NCBI GenBank assembly: GCA_043228905.1
Contig: JBHGNT010000004.1
Coordinates: 19,530,001 to 19,594,000 of the forward strand
DNA length: 64,000 nt
Reading direction: 5' to 3'
Origin: Azolla caroliniana
Lineage: Eukaryota; Plantae; Polypodiophyta
In this document: piece after piece, positions 13,132 to 25,220 of the stretch
Position numbering within the stretch: the stretch's first letter is position 1
Layout of the letters: each line of letters starts with the position of its first letter
The notes under the pieces: model-generated
Told to the model about the DNA's origin: nothing
Database searches by the model: none
The model's input: only the letters and a program-made list of their open reading frames with translations
Program-made: the position numbers and the translations under genes

Positions 13132-15689
13132 CGACTTTGTATTGCCAAATTGGAACTAACTCTTGACAATCGCAACATGGAGTTGTAACCACTAAGTACT
13201 GACTTTCCATGTTACATGCATAAATTCATAGCGACACTCTATATAATGTATTAGGCAAATCTCCATAAAGGCGTCCATAACTGTGGAATTCTAATCACAA
13301 CGACTTGACTTCCTATGTGGCGTGAATAAATTGATGTACAAAATCTATATGACATATGAGGCAAGTCTCGATAAAGACATGGACAAATTCATGTGCACAT
13401 TCTATATAAGATAGGAGCCAAGATGGCACTCGTGACAAGATTGTGGTATGTGGAAAATGAAAACGAATGACATGCCAACTTCATGCACTACCAAATTCTA
13501 TATTTCGGGGTCCTGCGTGAGTTTGAAGAAGTGTACGGCTCTTCAAAAGTCGAGACTCATTAGGTAATGTGATGCAATTGCATACATTTTAATATTTCAA
13601 TCTTGTATTGGAGCTAACATTGGGATTTATTATTTGCAATTGTAGTATATTAAATTTGACATTTTAGCGTATTACCTCCTTGTCATTAGTTTCTGTAATA
13701 ATATATCCTAAATGGTCACATACTTCATAACATCACTTAAGAGGCTTTTGCTCTTATTATATTTTTGTACCGTGCACCCTATGTTCAAATTTGTTTGGGA
13801 ATTCTATGATGAGGCATATTCTTGACCTTTGTGGATATACTTGTATACTCTTTGCATGGGTAACACCTTTATGGGCTGACACCGATTTCTAATAGCATGA
13901 TAGGGTAGGATATTGAGGATTTTACCCCCAATTGTCTATGTAAGAGCAATCTTTGGATTTTAGCTATTTCATTCCATGCACCAAGTAAGGTAGTGCCACC
14001 CTACACTTCCACTCCTTAAGCAACACGTGCATCACCATATCATTGAATAACATCAATCTCTTTTTCTGCATTTATTCTCAAACATATAATATCTATTCCA
14101 ATTTGCTTAAAGTCACGTATTCTACACTTATATTTTTGGAACTACAATGAACACCCATTGAATGTGGTCATCAAAATAAATAAGGTAACCAATAATGAGA
14201 TACTATACTTATTCTTGAAACTTGGGAACATGATACTCAAATTATTATTATTATTAGTATTTTTTCTAAAAAAAACTCCTTCCATAAGTTATAAAATATT
14301 GTGGGATTGTGTGGTAAAACCAAAAGGCCAAACCCCTCACCTAACCCAAGTAACCATAACCAGGGTTAGGAGCTACCTTAGTTTCATTAGGGGTTAGTTA
14401 AAGGTAACAGAAGGTATCTTGGAATGTACTAAGAGACTCTATAAAAGTGGCCCAAAACATGGAAAGCATTAGAAATGAGAACGTTATTGGAGGGCATCGC
14501 AGGAACATGGTTCATATAGCAAATAGAGGAGGCCAAGAACGATTGGCCGATACTTAAATCCCTGATGATCGGAAATTGCACTCACCATGACTCAACTCAG
14601 ACGGCCCTACACCAACTAGAGACAATCAAACAACAACAACATGAGCCAATAACACAATTTGTAGTATGATTACGACAATTACTTACCCACGCAAATCCGG
14701 CAATGCCAGAATCGATGAAGCCATTTTTCTTATGGCCACGGCTACGCCCAGATATATATTGTTGAGTGCGCGACCAAGGCCCCAAGACAAATAAAGCTCT
14801 AGATGACCTAGTCATCCAATTACACTTTCCAGATGCAGTACAATAGCAACACCACCCCAATGGAAGTCGATGTCCAAAACCCTCAACTACAAGCAAGGAC
14901 CCTACCAACGCGTGATGCACAAGGAAGAGCTAAGTGTTTTTTGTGCGATAATTATGTGTAGGTGAATAAACACTATCCAAAATAGAGCAATCCAACACAG
15001 AAGCAGGATCTACACGTATAGTTGGCTAACAATAGTTACCGGGCCGACCTATTGGAAAACTGAGTCGCGGGGTGTTGAAGGGAACACAGCCCCCGCACAT
15101 ACAAGCATCGACATCCTCAAACTCTCCCATATGCACATCCATCGCCACAATCCTCCATAGCCCACACAAAGTTCTCATCGATTCCGCTAGTAGCACATCT
15201 TCCATCAGCCAAGATTGATTTAGTCTATCCTCTCAATCTTGTAACCTCCAAAGCCCCCCCCCCCCCCCCCCACCCCCCCTCATCAAGGTGTTTATTGGCA
15301 ATCACCAACGCCTATATCAGTCCAACACCACAACCGTCTACACACTCAAACTTGGCCCAACCACAATCATGCACACTTTTTACGTACTTCCACATCAATA
15401 GTTCCCACTCACACTCGTATGTGATAAGTTCATGCAAAGCAAGTCCGGACTTGATTTTGATACACGTCACCTCACATTACCACAAGCAAGGCTAGTTCCC
15501 CTATTCACAAGCAAATGCGACCACCAAATCAGCAATGCCCAGGTAACATTAAGCAAGGAGATTCAACTAAACAATGTGTAGAAGGTTTTAGCTCAATGCC
15601 TTGAGCTAATTATCTCATCCGACAAGCCTATTACAGTCTCATTTCTAGTCCAACATGTCATCAACACAAGCATCACAACACCCGTCTGG

Positions 15690-16350
15690 ATAGCAGGAAG
15701 GTGACGTTCCCCTTTAGATCATGCACGCATTGACAAGGCAGTGAATGAGATGTTTCAAATGGTGATCATCTCACCCTCACATAGTGATTAGGTATCAGAG
15801 CCACACATGGTCAAGAAGGATGACGACACATACAGATTTTGTGTTGACTTTCGCAAGCTCAATCAAGTCACCATCCCTGACCTTTACCCTCTACCGCGAA
15901 TTGATGATCTCTTGGACTAGTTGAGATGCTCAACATACTTCACCACTATCGATCTTGTAGTAGGATATTGGTAGAATCCAATGGACCCAAAAGACACACG
16001 TAAGAAAACTTTAAAAACATGAAGAGGCCTATTCCAATTCAACAATATGCCATTTGGCTTATTCAAAAGGCAACACGTTGCAGGGGTTGGCAAATTCAAT
16101 ATTCGCAAACTTTATCTCTGACGTTATAGTGCTCGTATACCTGGATGACATTTTAATTCATACTTCCACATGGTCACAACACATTCAAGCATTACAAGCA
16201 ATTCTACAATGAATACAACAACACAATCTAAAATTACAGTGGAAGAAATGCAAATGGGCTATCACCCAGCTAAAAATTTTGGTCTACATCATTTTATCGA
16301 AGGCCTACAGATGGAACCAAAGAAAATCGAGGCATGTTATCTTGGACATC
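15690..16350 (+). pseudogene. pol: Degraded Ty3/Gypsy reverse transcriptase fragment
   Basis: Translates to ...[38 protein letters not shown]... and later YLDDILI, with stops and frameshifts. Confidence 0.85.
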
Positions 16351-16486
16351 CATGCATGTGTGTCGGCTTCGGCAAGACCACGAGTGTCTTGGACTATGGA
16401 GTAAAAGATCGGGAAATGAGAGCTCAACCCTTATGAGCTTCTGAGCACAAAAGGGGAAGAACAATGTATGAAAATTAAAAAGATAA

Positions 16487-19400
16487 AGAGCAATGTGGAA
16501 GTATTCCTTTGAGGATGTGGTGGTGTCTGTTCCAGACTCAACTCTTGCCCAGTATTTTGCGAAATAACTGTCATCAGGATACTTTCCTCGTAGGTGATCA
16601 TAAAGATCTGATGATATTTCAATGAAGCTAAGCGTGTTAACTTCACGGATGCGACTTAGTGCATCAGCGACAGTGTTCATGGAACCTTTACGATATCATA
16701 TGGAAAAATCAAAGTCCTGGATGAGATCAGCCCATCATGCCTTACGACCTTTCAAGTCTTGTTGGTCACAAAAATATTTCAAGGACTCGTGGTCCATAGT
16801 TACCACAAAGCGATTTCCATAAAGATAATGGCGCCATGTTTTGAGCACATGTATAACTGCAAATAATTCCTTTTCTTGAACGGTATACCGACATTGAGCA
16901 GAATCAAGTTTCTTACTCTCGAATGCTATTGGTTTACCATCTTGATATAAGACAACACCTATAGCATAATCGCTTACATCGGTTTCAACCTCAAAAGGTT
17001 TTGAAGGATCAGGTAAAAGAAGTGAAGGAGCCTTGCAAACCAGGTCCTTGAGTTCCTTAAAGGCGAGGTCTAGTGTAACATTCCACACAATAGGTTTTGT
17101 AGACTTACGCGTTTGACCTTTTAGAAGATCAGTAAACAATGTCATCAATTGGGAGTAATTATGAAGTGATTTTCGCAAAAACCCGACAAAACCAAGGAAT
17201 GATCAAACTTCTCGAAGATTCCGAAGAGTGGGCCAAAGCTTGATTTTCTCGATGCGAGAAGGATCAATTTCAACTCCTCGTTCGGTTATGAGATGTCCAA
17301 GATAAGTAATTGATTTCTTGAAGAACTCACATTTTGAGATCTTCGCATAAAACTATTTGTCACGCAATGTTTGTAAAACAAAGCAGACATGTTTAGCATG
17401 TTCTTGTAATGTACGACTATAAACTAAAATATCATCCAAGAAAATAATGACAAATTTTCCAACTTGTTCTCGGAAAATATCATTCGTTTCTTGTTGAAAT
17501 GTAGCTGGAGCATTGGTCAAACCAAAAGGCATAACCAAAAACTCATAATGGCCATAGTGTGTACGAAATGCCGTCTTAGGAACATCGTCCTCACTTATAC
17601 GAATTTGATGTTAGCTAGTACGGAGATCAAGTTTCGTAAAATACCGAGCTCCCTGGAGACGGTCAATTAGATCATCAGCCCGGGGCAAGGGATACGAATT
17701 CTTGATCGTCACTTTATTCAAGTGTCGGTAATTAATACACATACGCCATGTGCCCTCTTTCTTTTTAACCAAGAGAACTGGTGCACCCCATGGAGATTTA
17801 CTATAACATATATAACCCATTCGTAAATAGTCCTTGAGTTGCTTAGATACCTCATCGTCTTCGGATCGACTTAAGGGATAAGGAGGTATACTTATTGGTG
17901 CAACACCAGGTACAATATCTATACGATGGTCTATATTACGTTTAGGAGGTAAGCCATCTGGTAGTTCACTCGGAAAAACATCACGAAAGTCATTTAAGAT
18001 TTCGTCAAGTTGTTGTTGTTCAAAATATGTTAATTGAACCGAGACATTATCGATATTGTAAACGTGAATGTCCGGATTAAGTACACAATAAAATAGAGTA
18101 GAACAAGACAACTCAGATATTGATGGACACGAGGAAACAATCGAGAGGGATTGTTTTTTTATACATTGAATAAAATGAGTACAGTCGTTCTGTACAAATG
18201 TAATTGAATGATGAACCCAATCAATAGATAAAGAAGAGTTTTTATTATAAAACCAGGGATAACCCAGTATTACATCCGTGGTACAAAGATTCATTGCATG
18301 GAAGTCTACTTCCTCTATATAAGTATCAATAGAAATTCCTAATGAATGAATCGCCCCGTTGATGTATTGTACTCTTCTATCAACCAAGTGCAGTGGGTTG
18401 GATTCCCCATATCTGAACCAAACGATCATTCACAAAATTGTGTGAGCTTCCCAAATCAAATAAAACTTGTTCGGGAGATCCATTGATATACTCGTTTCCA
18501 CGTAGTAAATCATTGGGACCCAATACATAGTGAGGGAAAGAACATTGACAATTACTAAAATGATGTGTATAGACCTGAAGGACATTAGGAATCTGACCTT
18601 TATGGTCTGCAACTTTAATGTCCTTCCCTGATCTCTATATCGATTTTTTCATGGCGGCTCCCCGAGGCTCAACCATGTATGTTCGCGTCATGAGTAGTTT
18701 ATACATGAAAAAAATGTTAACAATAAACTATGTTTCTTTGCCCACATATGTGGTTTCGGCTCTTTAAGTCCTATTACGAGGACCCCGAGGTGCACTTAGA
18801 CCTTAAGTCTAAACATGTGTTATAGTCATATGTATCAAGGATGTTGTATGGTCTTGTTCATATTTGAACTTGAGACCTTGAGAACAAATACATTAAACAC
18901 TTGAGCCAACCAAGTTGCTCTTCTCGAATGCTTAATGTTTGATGCGTATAAGAGATATGTGAGGCATTTGATCATATATGTTTCTTTTAAAAGAACATAT
19001 ATGTCAAGGGTCCTTATTTCGCCCTCATTTACCAAAACTATGTTGGTACGTTACCTAACCTCAAGTCTCGTAATTACGATGGCATACGCCAAAGTGCAAC
19101 CTAATGGTCAAGCCAAATGAGCCCTCGTTTCGTAGTAGGGCCACGTGGCCCATCACATGGTCACGTCATTACGAATGCCTCTTGTAAGAACGAGCTCATG
19201 GTGGCATCGTATCCATGTAATGAGGGAGGGATGTTGGATACGTGTGTCATTGGAGCGACCTCACTTGAAGTGGGTCAAGCTCTACGCACTCAACATCATT
19301 ATGGCTATAGGCGTTTCTTTACGTAATGAAATCGAGGTCATCAACGGGGTTGTCAACAATTAAAAATTGTTGAAAAAGGGATGGTGACAACGCCATTCTC

Positions 19401-20556
19401 ACAAAAATGTGAGGACGGCCACCAACATCCTTTTCCCGACAAGGACAACTTTCGATATAATCACGTAATAACGAATATACACATATGTTTACTTATCACA
19501 TATATACGATCAAATACGTATATACGTGACCACATATGCCTATATTAAACATATCGTTATATTAAATAGCCACAAATGATGTGATCGAGATACGTAATCG
19601 AGGTATATACCTCTACGCACACGAAACATCCACAAATAAGAGATCATCGTAATACGCAATTGAGGTATTGACCTCTTACACATACGAGACCAAACACACA
19701 TCCTTTACAATAAATCAAGGTATTAAACTCATAAGCAAACGTAACATATGTTCGTGAACGTAATACGTAATTGAAGTATTAACCTCGTGCGCATACGACA
19801 CTCATCACATATTATTTATATGTCAAACGAGGTATTGACCTCGTGCACATATGTAAACGTTTTAGATAATCAATTAAAGACCACTACAACATCATTGACT
19901 TAATGAAAGAAAATGACATATAAAATAAACACATGATTAGATGGGAGAAGAGAGAATAGAAAAAAAAAATTACGGAAAGAGTTACCGAAGTTCTTCGTTG
20001 ATCGTTGTCTGGATCAAGGCCGACCGCACATCGATCGATCACCATCAATCAAAAGACAAAAGACAAACAAAGAAACATTAGTACATAGCTCTGATAGCAA
20101 CTATTAGAGATCTAGGTACTAAAGTAAGCTTAAGATAAGGATAAACTAATGATAGATAAAAAGGAGAAAGAGAAAGAAGGGTGCCGATCCACCCGACCAC
20201 CCCCGAGCGAAGGGATCGAGATGGACTCGAGCCTCGATCGGCGTCCCATACCACCACTGTGGCGTCGAGTCATACCTGGTGCTAGCGCACTCGCTACAAG
20301 AGTTGACCCACCACAAGACAGAGTCTCGACGTAGTCAACAAGATCCTCAAATGAAGGTAGCTGGGCCTCTATTTATAGCGATACCCAAGGCCCCCAGCCA
20401 TGTTCACACTTGGCCTAATGGGTTGTCTCAATCCCGAGGATTAAAAAGTAATCCTCCCCTTCTTTACACTCTCGTTTAACCCTCACACTTATCCACATGT
20501 ATAGAATACTACGGTAAATTCTCACCACGGGATATTATATGGTCATGCTTGTAACA
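16487..20556 (-). mobile_element. Ty3/Gypsy chromovirus-family element, 3'-truncated (same family as 60562-64000)
   Basis: 5' LTR 20102-20556 is homologous to 60562-61012. iMet-like PBS at 20088-20099 (one mismatch). PR/RT/RNase H ORF fragments 17611-18429, 17353-17538 (FLDD) and 16735-17178. Confidence 0.9.
19590..19854. repeat. Five ~35-bp degenerate repeats with a palindromic GAGGT-N4-ACCTC core, separated by dissimilar 20-27-bp spacers
   Basis: Repeats at about 19590, 19652, 19709, 19763 and 19823, in the retroelement leader. Confidence 0.7.
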
Positions 20557-21135
20557 GTTAGGTTGCTATTCACCACTTACTTTGGATTGAACTTGGTATT
20601 ATGCTATTTATCACTGTCGGTCTAGTTGTTACACAATGAATTTGAGATGAAGTTATTGTTTGTCTTAGTGGATGGGTTATTACAAGGGATGGTATCAGGC
20701 TTTGGTCTCCTTGGTGTGGTCCATGGTCGGTGGGACACGAACCCACAAACCGTTGATTAGAACTCAAGTGCCTTACAACACTAGATTTTGTTACATTGTT
20801 AATCACCCTTATTTTCGATTGAAATTGGCGTTTGCCCTATTATTCAATGTTATTGTTCTTATTGTTGTCCGTGCGCAGAATCGGACGAGTGTTTTCTCTC
20901 ATTCGTGTTGCACTCCTAGTGGAACTCGAATCCGAAACCTCTTCGTTCTAAAGAACGTGCATTATGCATTTGGACCCAACTATTGGTTATATTATGTATT
21001 TAATGGTGCTATTTTGTTTCGAATTTGGTGTTACGCTATTATTCCATGTAAATAGGGTTCTTACGGAATGGATTTGAGATCACATTATAGTTTGTCTTTG
21101 CAACGGTATCATGTTTTGCTGTCCTTGGTCTTATG

Positions 21136-21208
21136 CACGCCTGGTGGGAATCGAACCCACAATCCCTAGATTAGAAGTCAATTGCCTTATCCATTTGGCC
21201 CCAAGCGC
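21136..21208 (-). pseudogene. trnR: tRNA-Arg(UCU), mutated copy
   Basis: Matches consensus GCGCTTGTGGCCTAATGGATAAGGCACTTGACTTCTAATCAAGGGATTGTGGGTTCGAGTCCCACCAGGCGTG with anticodon-stem and D-arm changes. Confidence 0.75.
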
Positions 21209-23093
21209 TCAACTTGGTTATAGTTTTAATCACCTTAGTTTGACATAGATTTAGAGTTACGATACTATTCCCAATATGGCTATTTTGACAATACGGTTGT
21301 GACGCAAGGTATTTGATGTCATGTTTTCGTTCGTCTTAGTGTATGGTTTATTATAACGAAGTTCTTATTGATGTACGGTTTATTATAAGGAAGCATATTA
21401 GGGCGTTGAATCCTCCGTGTTGTATGCTTTGTGGGACTAGAACCCATAATCCCTTGATTTCAAGTCAAGTGCCTTATCTGTTAGGCAAGAAACGTTCCAC
21501 TTAGTTAGGTTGCTATTCACCACTTACTTTGGATTATATTTGGTATTATGTTATTTATCACCGTCGATCTGGTTGTTACACAATGGATTTGAGATGAAGT
21601 TATTGTTCGTTTTAGTGTATGGGTTATTACAAGGAATAGTATCAGGCTTTGGTCTCGTTGGTTTGGTCCATGGCCGGTGGGAATCGAACGCACAATCCGT
21701 TGATTAGAAATCAAGTGTCTTATAGCACTAGATTTGGTTATATTCTTAATCAACCTTACTTTGTAATAGATTTCGTTTTACGCTACTATTCATGGTATGG
21801 GATTTTTGCAATGGATTCCATGTCAAGTTATTGTTAGGATCTCGGTCCCTCTAGATGGGATATGCAGGCCCGGCATCGGAATACCCGGCAAGGAAGACCC
21901 GGTGAGAACGGGACGTTGCAGGCCTGCCATCGGAAGACCCGGTGAAAACCTGATGTTGCAAGCCCAGTGAGAACCTCTCACCGGATGAAGGGACATATAT
22001 GTAGATATGTTTGTGAGACCTCATTGGGGCTATATCTGTAAATAGTCCTAATGTCATATTAGTATAAATGTGACCTAGGGCAAACAGTGTATAGACTGTT
22101 GTTGTTATTATCTTCATATAGTGTAATTTGGTGTAACGACTGTATAGAGAGAGAGAGAGAGAGAGCAATACAGAGCATGTCTCTATTGTAACCGCCGTTA
22201 GCCGAAGATCGTGAGTAGAAGGTCGTTGCCTCTATGCTCCCTGTTGTACTCATTGGCATAGTGATAGTTTGGAGTCCGTTGTCGTAGTGTAGGTTGCACA
22301 CTATGTGGAAATTATATTTTTGTCCCTCCGGATAGAGAATGGAGTGCTCGGTGAGAACCGGAGGAAAACGGCATACCGGCAAGGAGGAAAACGGCATACC
22401 GGCAAGGAAGAAAACGGCATACCGGCAAGGAAGAGCCGGGTAAAGAGACATAAATGTAAAAAAACGGAAATACTCACTACTGCGCAGGGCGTGATTCGAA
22501 CTCTGCACCTCCATGTTGACAAACCCCAACCTTACCATTACATTAACTTATCTTAAGTGTCTTAAATATAGATTTAATACGTATAAGACCTTTATTTATG
22601 CATACCTTTATTAAAAGGTAAATCGTGTATTTTTTTAATATATGAAAAATGAAAAAGAATACGAGACACTAAAAATAACTCATGCACATCTAGCGTGCAT
22701 GAGCCCTATACTTAGGAAATAAAAAAGCATCACATGCACATTTAGTGGACATGAACACTTTTTGTAAAAAAAAAAGCATGAAGCCATGCTTAGCTCTTCC
22801 TTCCTTATATAAGGAGGAGAGAAATATATAAAGGGTTGTTGATTATTTGGATTAAGTATTAATCAATACAAAAATTATTCGTGGGATTCACGATTTATAC
22901 ATCTACTTCTCTCTTAACACCCTAAGTACCAATTAATATAGTATACTCGTGTGATTCACGAGTTTCTTATCTTTCTCTTCGCTATTTATTCATAATTAAT
23001 CTCGATCTCACGAACTTCTTTCTCCTAGTCCAAGACCTCTGTGGTTCCCACCCGACTCACGCAACGATCCGGAGCCGAAAGGCACGACACAGT

Positions 23094-23111
23094 TGGTGAA
23101 CCCGACGTGAA
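23094..23111 (+). other. Primer-binding site complementary to the tRNA-Trp 3' end
   Basis: TGGTGAACCCGACGTGAA is the reverse complement of TTCACGTCGGGTTCACCA, the plant cytosolic tRNA-Trp 3' terminus as I recall it. It lies 4 nt after the LTR. Confidence 0.88.
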
Positions 23112-23127
23112 GACGGGTGGCAAGGAG

Positions 23128-25166
23128 ATGGAGGCTCAACAAGCTAACAATATGATGGCGATGTTCGAACGGATGCTTCAAGAACAACGCACGATGTCGG
23201 AGATTTCGGCATCAGTAGAGCGGCTCGTGCAACGCAACGGGCAATTTAATGGTAAGGATGTGTCGCGATATTTGCAGGACTACAAGGCGGAGATGCTCCG
23301 GTGCCGGGCTTCGGAAGGACTGCAAGTGACATCCTTTAACCGGGTGGCGACCGACAGGCTTCAAGGGAGTATCCACGGGTTGCAACAACAAAATCCGACG
23401 TGGGAAGCATTCGAAGAGGCGTTAAAGACCACGTTTGCCATCGAGGACTCCTCCAAGGCAACGTGGAGGGGATTCGAGGATTGGGTGGAAACGTCAGGTA
23501 AGGGGCTGAAGGTCCTCGAAGTGTTTTCGACATTCGAAAGTCGGTTCGGGAGGTTGTCCGCGAGAGATCAAACTATTCTTGCACCGGACAAAGTCATCAT
23601 GTTTTTGGAGCTGTGGACGTCCGGGACCGGAAAGATCTCGGAGTGCTTCTTGAGGACACGACCACCGAAAGCGGCCTCACCGAAACATGGGAAAGCGTGC
23701 GGGATATCGTCGCGCGGTACACGAAGAGGGGGCAATGGCTTGCCAACGAAGAAAAGAGGGTTTCGGAACCGATTCCGAAACCGAGAACGGGACTGGAAGA
23801 CCATCAACCGAGGGCTCGGGAGATTACGGCCGAGAAGGGGGTCGACGCGTCTACGGTGGAGCAGCTGTTGAAGGAGATGGAGAATCTAAAGATCGCGATG
23901 GTGAAGAAGTCGGATGACCGCCCCACAAGCTCCAAATATACGGATCGACGGTGCATATGGTGCGATAGCGCCGAACACGATCGGAGGGATTGCGACGACC
24001 ATAAGGAGGCGCTACGACGGGATCTCATCTACTACGAGGGAAACCGGATTCATTCGATGGACTCTCGGAAGCCACTCCGACCGAACTTCCGGAAAGGCGG
24101 CATGAAGAAGGTGCTCGAGGAGGAGTTAGCGGCAAGAAGCAATTATGCGACAACCGCGAGAATATGTGTCGGGGAGTCATCGGGAGCGAAGGCGTCTTTC
24201 TGGCCGGAGGTGCTAGGAAACACCGAGAAAACCGACTCCAACGATATCCGAAACACCGCGGAAGGCGTCCGGGAAGCTACGGGATGGGAGTGCCCTGTCG
24301 ACAAGAATAGCATATACGCCCTGTGTCAATTACATGAGGTGTATGTGGACGAGAAACGACGGCGCACGGAGGATGCGGCCGGACCATCGAAGATACCGGA
24401 AAGCTGGAACTCCGGAGGTAAGGGAAAAGAAAAGGCGACTCCGGCATTCAAGCTCGCCTCGGACATAGAACAACAAACCGACTTGAAAAGAGTGTTCGAG
24501 GAAAGAATCTTGGATAGCCGGGTAGATTTTTCGCTGCGGGAACTACTCGGAATAGCGAAGAAGGAGTTTCACGATCTTCTCGTGGATCTCGTGAAAAGGA
24601 AGAGACAAAGTACGGAGGAAAATGCTCCAAGGGTGAATGCAAATACCGTTTCAATGAACGACACCGAAGTGGAAGGCGAAATTCCGAACTCCCACTATAC
24701 AAGGCCACACTGGGCACGTGCGACTACGGAGACTCCGGTCCGAATCGGCAACATCAAAGAACCCGTGCTAGCATTGATTGATCACGGATCGGAGATCAAC
24801 TTGATGTCCAAGGAGTTCTACCGAAAGGGGAAGTGGCCTATAAACACCAACCATGGATGGAAGATTCGGGCAGCCACGAAAACGACAGAAGACCTATTTG
24901 CGGCTTGTTCGGATGTGACGGTAAAGATCGGGGATGTCGAAATTGACCAAAATTTCTTTGTGCAGGATGAGGTTTCACATTCTGTCATCCTCGGCCAACC
25001 CTTTATCACGGCTTCACGGATGGAGACGAAGGTGCTCGATAGTGGTGCGGCTTTTGCGCGAATTCGGAGCCAAAACGGAGGGAAATCCGTCCAATTCCTA
25101 ACGGTGCCGGCAAATCACGAAAGGAACAAGAGGGAACTCTTGTCCCAAGTGAGAATGGATTTTTAA
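23128..25166 (+). pseudogene. gag: Gypsy Gag-protease ORF with one frameshift near 23610
   Basis: ORFs 23041-23871 and 23613-25166; CX2CX4HX4C knuckle (CIWCDSAEHDRRDC) and aspartic protease ALIDHGSEINLMS. Confidence 0.9.
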
Positions 25167-25220
25167 AGCGGACTGTTGCGGAGTGGGGAAGTGATAGTCC
25201 GAGAAGCCCTGATACCCCAC
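25157..25220 (+). promoter_or_regulatory. Putative -1 ribosomal frameshift signal: G GAT TTT slippery site plus H-type pseudoknot
   Basis: 6-nt spacer; stem GGACTGTTGC/GTGATAGTCC; loop GTGGGG pairs with downstream CCCCAC. Pol is open in the -1 frame from 25163. Confidence 0.82.

Larger units (their letters stand above)
1..13515 (-). repeat. tRNA-His-derived tandem satellite array, ~918-bp unit, interrupted at ~4253-9416 and ~10718-11631; runs off the left edge of the window
   Basis: Main tRNA-His copies start at 391, 1312, 2227, 3147, 4063 (periods 921/915/920/916) and at 9739, 10525, 11742, 13060. Intervening sequence is homologous between units. Confidence 0.95.

Noticed and set aside
179-13210. 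Recurrent short ORFs containing FEPRSPRPQRGILTTKLQPP or VVRIPRCGRGDLG
   Set aside because: They are translations of the tRNA-His satellite, with inconsistent starts and stops between units.
13520-15690. Possible host gene or Gypsy gag in the inter-array region
   Set aside because: No convincing ORF or motif was seen. It is probably decayed TE sequence and is left unassigned.
19590-19854. CRISPR array
   Set aside because: Repeats are degenerate, there are no cas genes, and the context is a eukaryotic retrotransposon. Kept only as a repeat-spacer curiosity.
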